A stretch of 64,000 nt of DNA, taken from Chlorobiota bacterium. GTDB lineage: Bacteria; Bacteroidota; Ignavibacteria; OLB7. A program made the position numbers and the translations under genes. The DNA is taken from contig JAEUSP010000097.1 of the NCBI GenBank assembly GCA_016788565.1, positions 6,262 to 70,261 on the forward strand, given 5' to 3'. A model generated the notes under the pieces. The model saw only the letters and a program-made list of their open reading frames with translations. It was not told the origin of the DNA and did no database searches. This document shows, piece after piece, positions 8,771 to 17,712 of this stretch (the stretch's first letter is position 1; the number at the start of each line of letters is the position of its first letter).

Positions 8771-10006
8771 ATGTCACGTCATCGAGCACTCGAAATTCGG
8801 GAGAGTGTGTACTTACTGCGTCAGCAGGAAGAGCGTTACCGCGGTAAACCAGCGGAGCAACGGGTGCGTGCATTGCGGATGATGAAAGAAGACCTTAAAA
8901 AGCCGATTGCACAGATTGCCCAAGAACTGGAGGTCTCCGAACGCACAATCCGCCGTTGGTGGGCGAACTATGTAAAAGGGGGATTGGAGGCGGTAATCGA
9001 AGAAAAAATCAAATCATCGGCGGTGGTGGCGAAGTTGGGAGATGAGAAAGTTGCCGAGCTTGGCCAAAAACTAGCCCGCCGGGAACTGAACAGTTTGGCC
9101 GAAGTTCAGGGGTGGTTGAAATCCGAGTGCAATTTAGAATACAGTATCCCCGGTGTCTGGCATCTTGTCCGCCGAACCTTCAAGGTCGAGCGTTCTTGGG
9201 CTCCTCGCGCGGACGCTCATGGCTGGCAAGGTGGTGGCGCCGAGGGGCTGATCCCCTCCAAAATCATCCGTTTTCTGAATTCTTTGCCGTTATTGGGGGA
9301 AACCCGCGATCGCGTTCTGATCTTCAGAAACGCCCTCCAAGAATTGTTCCCCGAGATTGACCGGGTGGTGATCAACGTGAACACCTCCTTCGATCTGCAA
9401 GACCCGGAGAATTATTCCGGTGGAGTGCGTATTACACAAGCCATCAATGCTGAACAGCAAAGCACCGGAATTGTTGTTACCAGCTTCTCGGGCGATAACA
9501 ACATCACCCAGCTTCTGCAAACGATGGAAGGGCAAGGATACCCGTTAGAGTCCTTCCATGCCCCCAATTATATCAACTTCAGTTTTGGGGACGATGGGTA
9601 TGTTGGGACGATCTTTCTCTTCCGATCCGTGGAAAAATCCCAGATTTCTGCTCAAACTCTCAATATCTTCGCTTCGTTGGATTCGTTCTTTCAGTTCATG
9701 TTGTTCGATTTGGTGGCGCACCACAAGGCAACCAAGCCGGTGGATGTGGCTTTTGCTGGGGCGTTAAAACAACTGGCGGTTGAAAGCGGATTAACGTTAC
9801 AGGAACGGAAAGTGGTGATCCACCAGTTGCTGGGGGGATCATATAAAGAGGTTGCAGATCTGCTAAATATCTCGGTGGCAACGCTGAAGAAGCATATCAG
9901 CAACATCCACGCAAAAACCGGAACCCGCAGCCAGGGTGAGCTGTTTGCAAAGTACTTTACCCCTCGATTGACCCCTGTGCTGACAATGCTGAACGAAGCT
10001 CTGTAA
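8771..10006 (+). CDS. Transcriptional regulator: IS630-transposase-like N-terminal HTH pair, a central GAF-like region, and a C-terminal LuxR-type HTH
   Basis: The N-terminus (IAQELEVSERTIRRWWANYVKGGLEAV, then LAEVQGWLKSECNLEYSIPGVWHLVRR) resembles the two HTH modules of IS630-family transposases. The C-terminus (LTLQERKVVIHQLLGGSYKEVADLLNISVATLKKHISNIHAKTG) is a LuxR/GerE HTH. No DDE domain is present. Confidence 0.7.
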   Translation: MSRHRALEIRESVYLLRQQEERYRGKPAEQRVRALRMMKEDLKKPIAQIAQELEVSERTIRRWWANYVKGGLEAVIEEKIKSSAVVAKLGDEKVAELGQKLARRELNSLAEVQGWLKSECNLEYSIPGVWHLVRRTFKVERSWAPRADAHGWQGGGAEGLIPSKIIRFLNSLPLLGETRDRVLIFRNALQELFPEIDRVVINVNTSFDLQDPENYSGGVRITQAINAEQQSTGIVVTSFSGDNNITQLLQTMEGQGYPLESFHAPNYINFSFGDDGYVGTIFLFRSVEKSQISAQTLNIFASLDSFFQFMLFDLVAHHKATKPVDVAFAGALKQLAVESGLTLQERKVVIHQLLGGSYKEVADLLNISVATLKKHISNIHAKTGTRSQGELFAKYFTPRLTPVLTMLNEAL

Positions 10007-10193
10007 AGCTCTTTTCAGGCTCTTTGACAATCAAAAAACAAAAGCAAGCCCCTACTCCAAAAGTAGTATTGGCAAACGCTATCCCAGACGGCCATATTTG
10101 CAGCCGTGATTCCGACACGAGTTCAACAAACTCGCCAACAACGGAAATCGCCAGTCTGCATCCAGCCAACACTAACCGTCTTAAAAAGAAGCC

Positions 10194-10883
10194 ATGAAGT
10201 TTGCAACCTTGTTCTCAACAGCCTTGATTGCCACACTGCTGCTCACCGTATCAGCTTCTGCACAACAAGGGCTTCAGCATCCAACAGAAGAAGGTGCACA
10301 GCTTATTGGTACGTATCCTGTGGCATTAACCATGCCGAAGGTTGGTGAGAAGAAAGGGGCGGATGTCGTAACTGACATTTTAGTCTGGGCAACCAGCGGT
10401 GGCCAGAAAGAACTTCAGTTGGCACCAGCTGTTCAAGCAACGGGTGGCGAGATCACAATCCCAACTTCGATGTTGTACGGGATGCTTTCCCAGGCCGCAG
10501 TAAGCAAGGCCGCACTGCTTGGCTACATTCAGCCAACGGCTACGCCGATGAACGTTCCGGTTTATCGCCCGAACTACGCCACACCAACCGCAACTGGCCT
10601 GGCAAGCTGTGGCGATGAAAGCTGGGGCGTTGCCAACTACACCGTCTCGATGCCTGTCGGCGGCACACTGGTCGTCAATCTTGACGATGTCGAATACGAA
10701 ACGGAGTTCGTGAGCGGAAGCTGCCAAAGCACTTTTGTTGATCCAGTTCAAAGCAGTGTCAGCTCCGGCAGCAGCACCACTTCCACCGTAACAGGTGCAG
10801 CCATGCTCACCAAAAGTGCGAAGCTGGATCGGATCCGTGAGAGAATCCGCGCACGCCGCGCCGCCCGCCTTACCCGTCAATAA
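10194..10883 (+). CDS. Hypothetical secreted protein
   Basis: Signal peptide MKFATLFSTALIATLLLTVSASAQ, a Ser/Thr-rich stretch and an Arg-rich C-terminus (RIRERIRARRAARLTRQ). I recognised no family. Confidence 0.55.
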   Translation: MKFATLFSTALIATLLLTVSASAQQGLQHPTEEGAQLIGTYPVALTMPKVGEKKGADVVTDILVWATSGGQKELQLAPAVQATGGEITIPTSMLYGMLSQAAVSKAALLGYIQPTATPMNVPVYRPNYATPTATGLASCGDESWGVANYTVSMPVGGTLVVNLDDVEYETEFVSGSCQSTFVDPVQSSVSSGSSTTSTVTGAAMLTKSAKLDRIRERIRARRAARLTRQ

Positions 10884-10911
10884 TTTTTTTATCACTTAGT
10901 TCTTTATTCCA

Positions 10912-11412
10912 ATGAATTCCATCCGAATATCTGGTTGTTCGTTGCTTGCCTTCTGCATGCTTACGGCCGCAGGTGTGGCGCAACCGAACAACACTGGAAA
11001 GGGGAAGCAAATATCAATCTCGACCAACGGCGGCTACGCCATGGTCTCGGATGATGGAGGGAACACGTGGCGGGTGGTTGACAACACGATGGCCGAACAA
11101 CTACGCGACGACCTGGGGCGGCAGCTTCAGGGGATAACAACCGGCGCGATGATTGGCCGCACCACCGTCCGGCTGGATAGAAGCTCGGCAATTGCCACGG
11201 TGACATTTCAAGCCCCCTCCGCCGGCCTTGTCACGTTGACGTTGCACGATATTCAAGGGATGGAGGTTATCCGGCAGGAGATGGAGCTAACGGAAGACGG
11301 CGAGCAAATTACCGCCTTAGATGTTTCCCAGCTGAAAACCGGAACCTACATTCTGCGGATCAACAGCAGCAACGTGATGATTGGCGGCGGAAAAATTGTG
11401 ATTTCGCGGTGA
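10912..11412 (+). CDS. Small secreted protein with a T9SS C-terminal sorting domain
   Basis: Signal peptide, one Asp-box-like motif (SDDGGNTW), and a C-terminal ~80 aa (TVTFQAPSAGLVTLTLHDIQGMEV...GTYILRINSSN...KIVISR) typical of T9SS type-A CTDs. Confidence 0.65.
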   Translation: MNSIRISGCSLLAFCMLTAAGVAQPNNTGKGKQISISTNGGYAMVSDDGGNTWRVVDNTMAEQLRDDLGRQLQGITTGAMIGRTTVRLDRSSAIATVTFQAPSAGLVTLTLHDIQGMEVIRQEMELTEDGEQITALDVSQLKTGTYILRINSSNVMIGGGKIVISR

Positions 11413-11941
11413 GCTAATCACAGCGAAAAAAATAGCGGCTCACAACCGCACGGCATATTTGACATACTCAGAACATTGCGCTTCAAGTGCCAGTAATCGG
11501 GATTGCCCGAACGGCATAGGTTGGTTAGCAGTATTCACCACTGCTGCTACCTGATGCTTCCGGGGCAGAGTTACGCCGTCCTCTGGCGTACGCTTGTACC
11601 TTGGCTCTGCTGCCGGACTTTGGATCCTTCCTCTACACAACAACGGGGTCCAAAAAGCCTGTGGCAAAACCGATAACGGAACACTGAACGCAAACGGCCT
11701 ACATAGCAATCCTCCAATGCCGCTGTGTACGCCAGGACAGCAGCCCTTGCCAACTGACTACTTGCCTGTACCTCCTGACAAGTTTCCAGTAGCAATGGAT
11801 GCTGAACAACATCATCGGGGTGACGGCCTACCTGAATTTCCTCAGAAAAACTTGTTTCTGTACCTCACAGCAGTTTTTCAAGGAAAGGTCGTCACCCCGT
11901 AGTGTTATTAAAATTTCAACAGATAATAGGGTGAGTAAAAA

Positions 11942-11980
11942 TAGTCCGCTGCATTTTTTAATGCAGCGGACTATTTTTTT
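11942..11980 (+). terminator. Strong hairpin plus T-run (A-run upstream, so possibly bidirectional) with no annotated gene directly upstream
   Basis: Perfect 13-bp stem TAGTCCGCTGCAT/ATGCAGCGGACTA (11942-11973) with a 6-nt loop. It is followed by TTTTTTT and preceded by AAAAA. Confidence 0.6.
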
Positions 11981-12020
11981 GTTCAATTAAAGTCCTTGTG
12001 CAAAACAGAATCCGCTGAAT

Positions 12021-12182
12021 TACCGAACGTTGCCCTCGCTCGTGCTGAACCCCGTCGAAAGATGAGCGGAGCCACCGGAATGCCAAATTAAAAATGCCGA
12101 ATTTAGAATCCTAGAGTTCCCACCGAACGCAGCTCTCCGCTCATGCTAAGCCCCGTCGAAATGTGAGCGGAGCCACCGAACC
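12021..12182 (+). repeat. Two copies of a REP-like element (...CCGAACG..TCCGCTCATGCTAAGCCCCGTCGAAATGTGAGCGGAGCCACCGAA)
   Basis: Copies lie at 12021-12080 and 12121-12182. Each has an internal inverted repeat (CGCTCA / TGAGCG). A third, inverted copy lies at 33531-33597. Confidence 0.7.
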
Positions 12183-12648
12183 TTGCAGCCACCGATCCCA
12201 AGTTTATCTGTTTTTTCCTTTGTACTATTATTTGATATGAGCCAGATAATTACGCAGAATAATGATGCCGTAGAGGAAGGAAGTATCCGCCAAAATATTC
12301 TTCTCCGAACAGTATTATTGGCTTGACTTCGCACAATCGTTTTAACTATCTTTACCACAGAATATAACAGCAATGGGTTGTTGATGATTTACTGCGCCCA
12401 CCAACGTTGCTTCCTGCTCTGTATACTCAGAATATTGGAGCTTGCGAAATTCGATAAAATAGATGTCTGCGTTCATGGGCATGGCAGATGAAGGATTTTC
12501 GCATTCTCCTTTTATTTGAGTATAACGTTGCCATTGCTGAAAACTCCTTTTTTTTGTAGTCAGATTTTTTGACTGATGATTGCAGATGTAGCCCTTTCGT
12601 TCTCGAATATCACATCCATTACGTCAGTGAAATAACCGCACTACCGAA

Positions 12649-12936
12649 TTGGTGAACGTATCCAACGGCCCGATAACAATTTCCCCGCCATACAAAGCCG
12701 ACACTACAACGCAGGCCACAGTGAAATTTCTGATGACCGAATCGGTGACGCTGCAACCGCAGGAAAAACATCAATTATCGGTTGAAATTACTCCGAAAGC
12801 TTCGGGATTATACCGAGTTGAGGTAACAGTCCCGACATCAGGTTCCTACAGCCAGAAGGTAATAATCCCTGCATTTTTTATTTCACGGGAAAATACGGTT
12901 GCAGCAAAGGAAAATGGGGAAGTGAGGAGGGAGTGA
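12649..12936 (+). CDS. Hypothetical 95-aa ORF; a possible gene remnant
   Basis: TTG start, no signal peptide, beta-rich composition (TVKFLMTESVTLQPQEKHQLSVEITPKASGLYRVEVTVP). It is isolated in a repeat-rich patch and I recognised no homology. Confidence 0.25.
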   Translation: MVNVSNGPITISPPYKADTTTQATVKFLMTESVTLQPQEKHQLSVEITPKASGLYRVEVTVPTSGSYSQKVIIPAFFISRENTVAAKENGEVRRE

Positions 12937-13101
12937 GGTCTTTTTGGAAAATTGATAATTAATAATGGTGGACTCAAACCGATTTACTTCCTGCCCTCAC
13001 CCCCCGCCCTCTCCCAAATGGGTGAAGCTGCTGCTTGCCTCAGTTTCGTCGGGTGGGAGAGGGCGCCAAAGCCGGGGAGAAAGAAAATAGGAAGTAGAAA
13101 A

Positions 13102-13318
13102 TATACTCCAAACAGAATGGTTTGCGAAAAATCTAGTCGTTGTCATTCCCGCGAAAGCGGGAATCCATACCATAACTAGCTGAGTAGAATTTCGCAAACC
13201 GGTAGTGGTTCACTCGGGTGAGATGCAGAAGATGATAGCCATGTAGGAACAACACGCTAAACTTGAAGATTCTCCCCACTATGAGCCACTACCCGCAAAC
13301 CAATTTCATCCGAGTATA
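13102..13318 (+). mobile_element. MITE-like element, copy A (with a ~100-bp internal insertion or partial duplication)
   Basis: It starts with TATACTCCAAACAGAATGGTTTGCGAAA and has a central hairpin GTCATTCCCGCGAAAGCGGGAATCC. It ends with GCAAACCAATTTCATCCGAGTATA, which is the inverted counterpart of the start. Confidence 0.6.
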
Positions 13319-13403
13319 AAAACAAGAGCGGAGGCCTGCGAACGCAGCCCTTCGCTCTTGCAGAATATGGAGCCTGCCGAAGCATCTCATTTTCAATTAT
13401 CCA

Positions 13404-14579
13404 TTAAAACCTCACCCCGCCAACATCAAATTTGAACGGATAGAGCAAGTAGAACCGCGTCCCTTCGTCGCCAAAACTGATTGCGGGGGCTGGGATAATT
13501 TTGAACCAATTCATCCCTTGCCGAACCCAATTCCAGAAATTCGGGCCGTCCGGCATCAGCCGCACAAAGTCATAATCCAGCCCAATGATAAACCTCCGTT
13601 TCGGCATCTGGAAATCGGCTCCAAGCGTTGGGTCGTCGTAGCTGATGTCGCGCACGCCGTAGCCAAGCGCAAGGTTCAGCCAGCTTGGCCAGTAGGATTT
13701 TAGGTTTTCGGGAAGCAGGTTATGCACGTTCGCGCTCAGCCAGAACGTGGAGCTGTTGTAGTCATCCACAACCGCAGTTGGGTGGCGAACCGTACGCTCG
13801 CCAACCCACTGCGCCGGAACATATTCCCATTTCAAATTGAAGTTCTCCAACGCAGGAACATAGTGTTGGGCCATGAAGTACGCCGCGCCCAAAAAATCAC
13901 CAGCAAAGTCGGTTGGGCTAAAACCCCATTGCGCACCGTAGCCATCTTCAACCTCCACGTATGTTTGGTACAAAAATCCGAGCGTCGCCCCCAGCCATCG
14001 CGATGTCGTCACGCTGAAACCACAGCCTTGAACCCCTTCGCCTAAAATGTAGGACATGTAGTAGCCACCGAATGCGTGCCCAATTTTATCCACTTGCAGC
14101 GCGTAATCCCAATCGTCTTGGAAATGGAAGGCTTGGCGGTTATCCTTCCACCAAGCGTTGCTTTGCAGAACGTGCAGGCCGTAGATTAACCCGCCATAGG
14201 CAACGCCCAATGCTGTGGTGGTGATTGAGTTAATTTTGGAGGTCCTGCGGGGAAGCGAGGCATCCACCGTGTAGCGTTGGTTGCCGGCAAAGGTGTACTC
14301 CTGAAACGGGATAAACTCCGCCGCCGAATCAACAGCAGGCTCCGGTTTATCGGGGGGAGAATCGGAAATGGTTTCTGGAAGCAAGGTTAGAGTTGTGTCG
14401 GTGGGAACGGTGGGAAGTTCTGGCTGTGCGGTTTCAGAAGCTGCAACGCCAGTAACAGCTAGGATCGGCATCGGCAGGGTGTTGTTGGAATCGGCGGGCT
14501 GAACCGCCGGCTGCCCAATGGCCGAGACCGAGCAACACACCACAGCAACAACAACAGAAAAAACGGGGAGTTTGAACAT
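13404..14579 (-). CDS. Secreted DUF2279-like protein
   Basis: Signal peptide MFKLPVFSVVVAVVCCSVSAIGQ. WWKDNRQAFHFQDDWDYALQVDKIGHAFGGY resembles the DUF2279 signature (F..DD....DK.GH) as I remember it. Confidence 0.65.
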   Translation of the reverse strand: MFKLPVFSVVVAVVCCSVSAIGQPAVQPADSNNTLPMPILAVTGVAASETAQPELPTVPTDTTLTLLPETISDSPPDKPEPAVDSAAEFIPFQEYTFAGNQRYTVDASLPRRTSKINSITTTALGVAYGGLIYGLHVLQSNAWWKDNRQAFHFQDDWDYALQVDKIGHAFGGYYMSYILGEGVQGCGFSVTTSRWLGATLGFLYQTYVEVEDGYGAQWGFSPTDFAGDFLGAAYFMAQHYVPALENFNLKWEYVPAQWVGERTVRHPTAVVDDYNSSTFWLSANVHNLLPENLKSYWPSWLNLALGYGVRDISYDDPTLGADFQMPKRRFIIGLDYDFVRLMPDGPNFWNWVRQGMNWFKIIPAPAISFGDEGTRFYLLYPFKFDVGGVRF

Positions 14580-14764
14580 GAAGGCAACCTACAAGGTGAA
14601 CGGCTTCTCTGCAATCCAGTTTTCGTAGATTCAGGACACGGTAACAGATACGAACGGAACAGAACAGCGGACGTTCGGCATCCCAGCCGCAACGAAGGAA
14701 TTGTTGGCGCATCCAGAGTTAGAGTGCGAAGGGGACAACCGGTAGTGCCAGTGTGTCCGATGAC

Positions 14765-14875
14765 CTCTCAGCCATCCGCGAGATCGCTTCGTCGAAGACT
14801 CCTCGCGATGACGACGGTGCGTAAGTTTGGGAGGATGATCTCTTGATTTTCGCAGACCACTTTCATTGGAGTATA
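14765..14875 (-). mobile_element. MITE-like element, copy C (inverted orientation, different central hairpin module)
   Basis: CTCAGCC...TTTTCGCAGACCACTTTCATTGGAGTATA aligns with the reverse complement of copy B (CTCAGCC...TTTTCGCAAACCACTCTGTTTGGAGTATA). The core is replaced by GCGAGATCGCTTCGTCGAAGACTCCTCGCGATGAC. Confidence 0.45.
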
Positions 14876-14904
14876 ACTCCATCTGAATCAAGCTATTTTC
14901 CCAA

Positions 14905-14947
14905 CCACTGGCAACTGACAACTGACAACTAACAACTGACAACTGAC
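14905..14947 (+). repeat. Octamer microsatellite (CAACTGAC)x~5 in the priA 5' leader
   Basis: The sequence is ccactggCAACTGACAACTGACAACTAACAACTGACAACTGAC. It is followed by GACAACCGATTCC and the priA ATG at 14973. Confidence 0.85.
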
Positions 14948-14972
14948 CCCCGACAACCGATTCCTAACCACC

Positions 14973-17498
14973 ATGTCCCAATTCGTTCACGTCGCGCTCC
15001 CGCTCCCCATCTTCAAAAACTTCACCTACTCCGTTCCCGACCACTTCGCTGATTCGGCCCACATCGGCGTGCGGGTCACGGTCCCGTTTGGCAAGCGCAG
15101 CATGACAGGGGTGATTGTGGATGAGGTCAGCGAAACCACCGTCCCAGGGGTGAAACCGCTTAGCGATGTGCTGGATACCGAGCCGCTGTTCAACGACGAA
15201 ATGCTCCGGTTTGCCGATTGGATGTCGGAGTACTACGTCTCGCCCATCGGCGAAACGCTCCGCTCGATGCTTCCGCAAGGGATGTCTCCCGAGTCGTCGC
15301 AGCGGGTGATGCTGGCGCACAACGATGTGGTGCAGGAAATCGCCGAACTGCGCCGCTCGGCCCCGCGCCAAGCCGCAATCCTGACGGCGTTAAGCGACCA
15401 CCCAAAAGGGGTGACGGTCGCCTTCCTGAAAAAGAAAGTTGGCGCGGAAAACCTCCATTCCCAGCTGGTGGCCCTTGAAGAAAAAGGGCTGATTGAACGC
15501 ACCACCGAACACGGGCGCGAAAGCAAGCCAAAAAAGGTGAACGCCGTGCGGATCAATCCCACCCTGCTTGGCGATGAAGAAGCCTTGCACGCCCTGTTCG
15601 ACCAGCTTGATGCCAACGCCCCAAAGCAAGCCTCGATCATGCTCTTCCTCTACTCACACGCCGAGCGATCGGGGAACGAATTTATTCCGAACACCCAGGT
15701 GCTGGCATCGGCAAAAGCGGGGGCATCGGCGCTTGCCGGGTTGGTGGAAAAAGGGGTGCTGGAGCAAACCCAGATTGAGCAATCGCGTGAGGAAGTTTTG
15801 GAGAATCGGGAAGATGAGCCGGAACACGAAGCCTTGACCGATTCGCAAACGGAGATCACCCCAAACCAAGATCAGGCCAACGCCATCACCGCAATCACCC
15901 AGGTGATGGATGCCGGCACGTTCAAATCATTTTTGCTGCATGGGGTGACGGGGTCGGGGAAAACTCAGGTCTATATCGAAGCGATTCGCCACGCGGTTGA
16001 GCGGGGGAAACGCGCCATCATGCTGGTCCCAGAAATCGCGCTCACCATCCAGCTTGTGGAACGCTTCAAGCGCGCGTTTGGCGACCGCGTGACGGTGCTC
16101 CACAGCCGAATGTCCGAGGGGGAACGCTACGATAGCTGGCTGCGCGCCATGCGTGGCGGATGCGATGTTGTGATCGGCCCCCGTTCGGCACTCTTCGCCC
16201 CGGTTCGCGACCTGGGCATTGTGATTGTGGACGAGGAACACGAAGCCAGCTACAAGCAGTACGATGCCCAGCCCCGCTACAATGCCCGCGATGCCGCAAT
16301 CGTTCGGGCGCAACTTTCGGGGGCGGTTGTGGTGCTTGGTTCGGCAACGCCCTCCATCGAATCTTACTTCAACGCGCTGCGGGAGAAATACCAACTGCTG
16401 AGTTTGCCGGAACGTGTAGATAACGCCCGCGAGCCACGCATGGTGATTGTGGACACCGTCACCGCACGGAAACAAGCCTTGATGCGTGGCTCACTCTCGG
16501 TGCGGCTGATTTCCGACATCCGCGCAAAGCTGGAGAAAAAGGAGGGGGTGATCTTGTTCCAGAACCGGCGCGGGTTTTCCACCCGGCTGGAGTGTGCGGC
16601 CTGCGCCCATTCCCCCATGTGCCCAAATTGTGCGGTGACACTAACCTACCACAAGCCAATCACCTCACTCCGTTGCCACTACTGTGGTTACACCCGCAAG
16701 GCCGAAACAAGCTGCGTTGTGTGCGGCAACCACGATTTGCGCCAGCCCGGAGTTGGAACCCAGAAAGTGGAAGAAGAGCTTGCCCAGCATCTGCCGGAAG
16801 CCAAAGTTTTGCGGATGGACCTTGACACGACAGCCCGCAAAGGGGCGCATCGCCAAATCCTGACGGCGTTTGCAAAAGGTGAGGTGGATATTTTGCTGGG
16901 AACTCAGATGGTGGCAAAAGGCCTTGATTTTTCGCGCGTGTCGTTGGTGGGGGTGATCTCGGCAGATACTCAGTTGCTCCTTCCCGATTTCCGCGCAAGC
17001 GAGCGGACGTTCCAGCTTATCACGCAGGTGGCGGGCAGGGCGGGGCGGCGGGGGGGAATGGAAGGTGAGGTGGTGGTGCAGACTGCGCACCCGGAACATC
17101 CGGCAATCCAAGCGGCGTTCGCAAAAAACTACCGGATGATGTACAGCGACGAGCTGCACAATCGGCAGGCGTTACTCTATCCGCCGTTCGCGCGGTTTAT
17201 TGTGATCGAGGTGAAGTCCGAAGATCAGAAGGAGGCCGAGCAGCACGCAAAACTGTTCCGGGGATTGCTTCCGGCAAAGCATCCGGCGTTGGATATTATC
17301 GGCCCAACCCAAGCACTAATCTGGAAACTGAAGAACGCCTACCGCTACCAGATCATCGTGAAAAACAACAAAGCCACCGACCCCGGCGGGCGGCAGTTCC
17401 ACCAAGTTTTCAGCCGGGCCTACGAGAAATACCGCGAAGACCACGGCAAGCAATCGGTGCAAATCATTGTGGATGTGGATGCGCAGGGGATGGGGTGA
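14973..17498 (+). CDS. priA: Primosomal protein N' (replication restart helicase PriA)
   Basis: 841 aa. Walker A GVTGSGKT, DEEH box, and a Cys-rich zinc insertion (CAACAHSPMCPNCAVTLTYH...CHYCGY...CVVCG). Confidence 0.95.
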   Translation: MSQFVHVALPLPIFKNFTYSVPDHFADSAHIGVRVTVPFGKRSMTGVIVDEVSETTVPGVKPLSDVLDTEPLFNDEMLRFADWMSEYYVSPIGETLRSMLPQGMSPESSQRVMLAHNDVVQEIAELRRSAPRQAAILTALSDHPKGVTVAFLKKKVGAENLHSQLVALEEKGLIERTTEHGRESKPKKVNAVRINPTLLGDEEALHALFDQLDANAPKQASIMLFLYSHAERSGNEFIPNTQVLASAKAGASALAGLVEKGVLEQTQIEQSREEVLENREDEPEHEALTDSQTEITPNQDQANAITAITQVMDAGTFKSFLLHGVTGSGKTQVYIEAIRHAVERGKRAIMLVPEIALTIQLVERFKRAFGDRVTVLHSRMSEGERYDSWLRAMRGGCDVVIGPRSALFAPVRDLGIVIVDEEHEASYKQYDAQPRYNARDAAIVRAQLSGAVVVLGSATPSIESYFNALREKYQLLSLPERVDNAREPRMVIVDTVTARKQALMRGSLSVRLISDIRAKLEKKEGVILFQNRRGFSTRLECAACAHSPMCPNCAVTLTYHKPITSLRCHYCGYTRKAETSCVVCGNHDLRQPGVGTQKVEEELAQHLPEAKVLRMDLDTTARKGAHRQILTAFAKGEVDILLGTQMVAKGLDFSRVSLVGVISADTQLLLPDFRASERTFQLITQVAGRAGRRGGMEGEVVVQTAHPEHPAIQAAFAKNYRMMYSDELHNRQALLYPPFARFIVIEVKSEDQKEAEQHAKLFRGLLPAKHPALDIIGPTQALIWKLKNAYRYQIIVKNNKATDPGGRQFHQVFSRAYEKYREDHGKQSVQIIVDVDAQGMG

Positions 17499-17507
17499 GG
17501 GGGGGCG

Positions 17508-17635
17508 GTGGTCAGTTGTCAGTGGTCAGTTGTCAGTTGTCAGTTGTCAGTTGTCAGTTGTCAGTTGTCAGTTGTCAGTGGTGAGTTGTCAGTTGTCAGT
17601 GGTCAGTGGTCAGTTGTTAGTGGTCATTGGTGAGT
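17508..17635 (+). repeat. Octamer microsatellite (GTCAGTTG/GTCAGTGG)x16 immediately 3' of priA, inverted relative to the array at 14905-14947
   Basis: The 128 nt show strict 8-nt periodicity and start 10 nt after the priA stop codon. Confidence 0.9.
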
Positions 17636-17712
17636 TCTCCATTGCCTCGTGCTTCAGCGTGGGGATGCCGAGCCACCTCCCATTTCACTCTTCACTCTTC
17701 ACCATTCACTCT

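Noticed and set aside
11440-11902. Three overlapping 74-102-aa ORFs as real genes
   Set aside because: They overlap each other in different frames and have unusual composition (Cys/Arg/Pro-rich). They have no signal, motif or sensible start context. I kept them only as a possible pseudogene or ncRNA region under findings.
12952-13197. ORFs of 66-75 aa overlapping MITE copy A, and ORFs 24588..24916 overlapping copy B (…VIPAKAGIH…)
   Set aside because: They are read-throughs of the repeat element (the TCCCGCGAAAGCGGGA hairpin). The same pseudo-peptide appears at both copies regardless of context.
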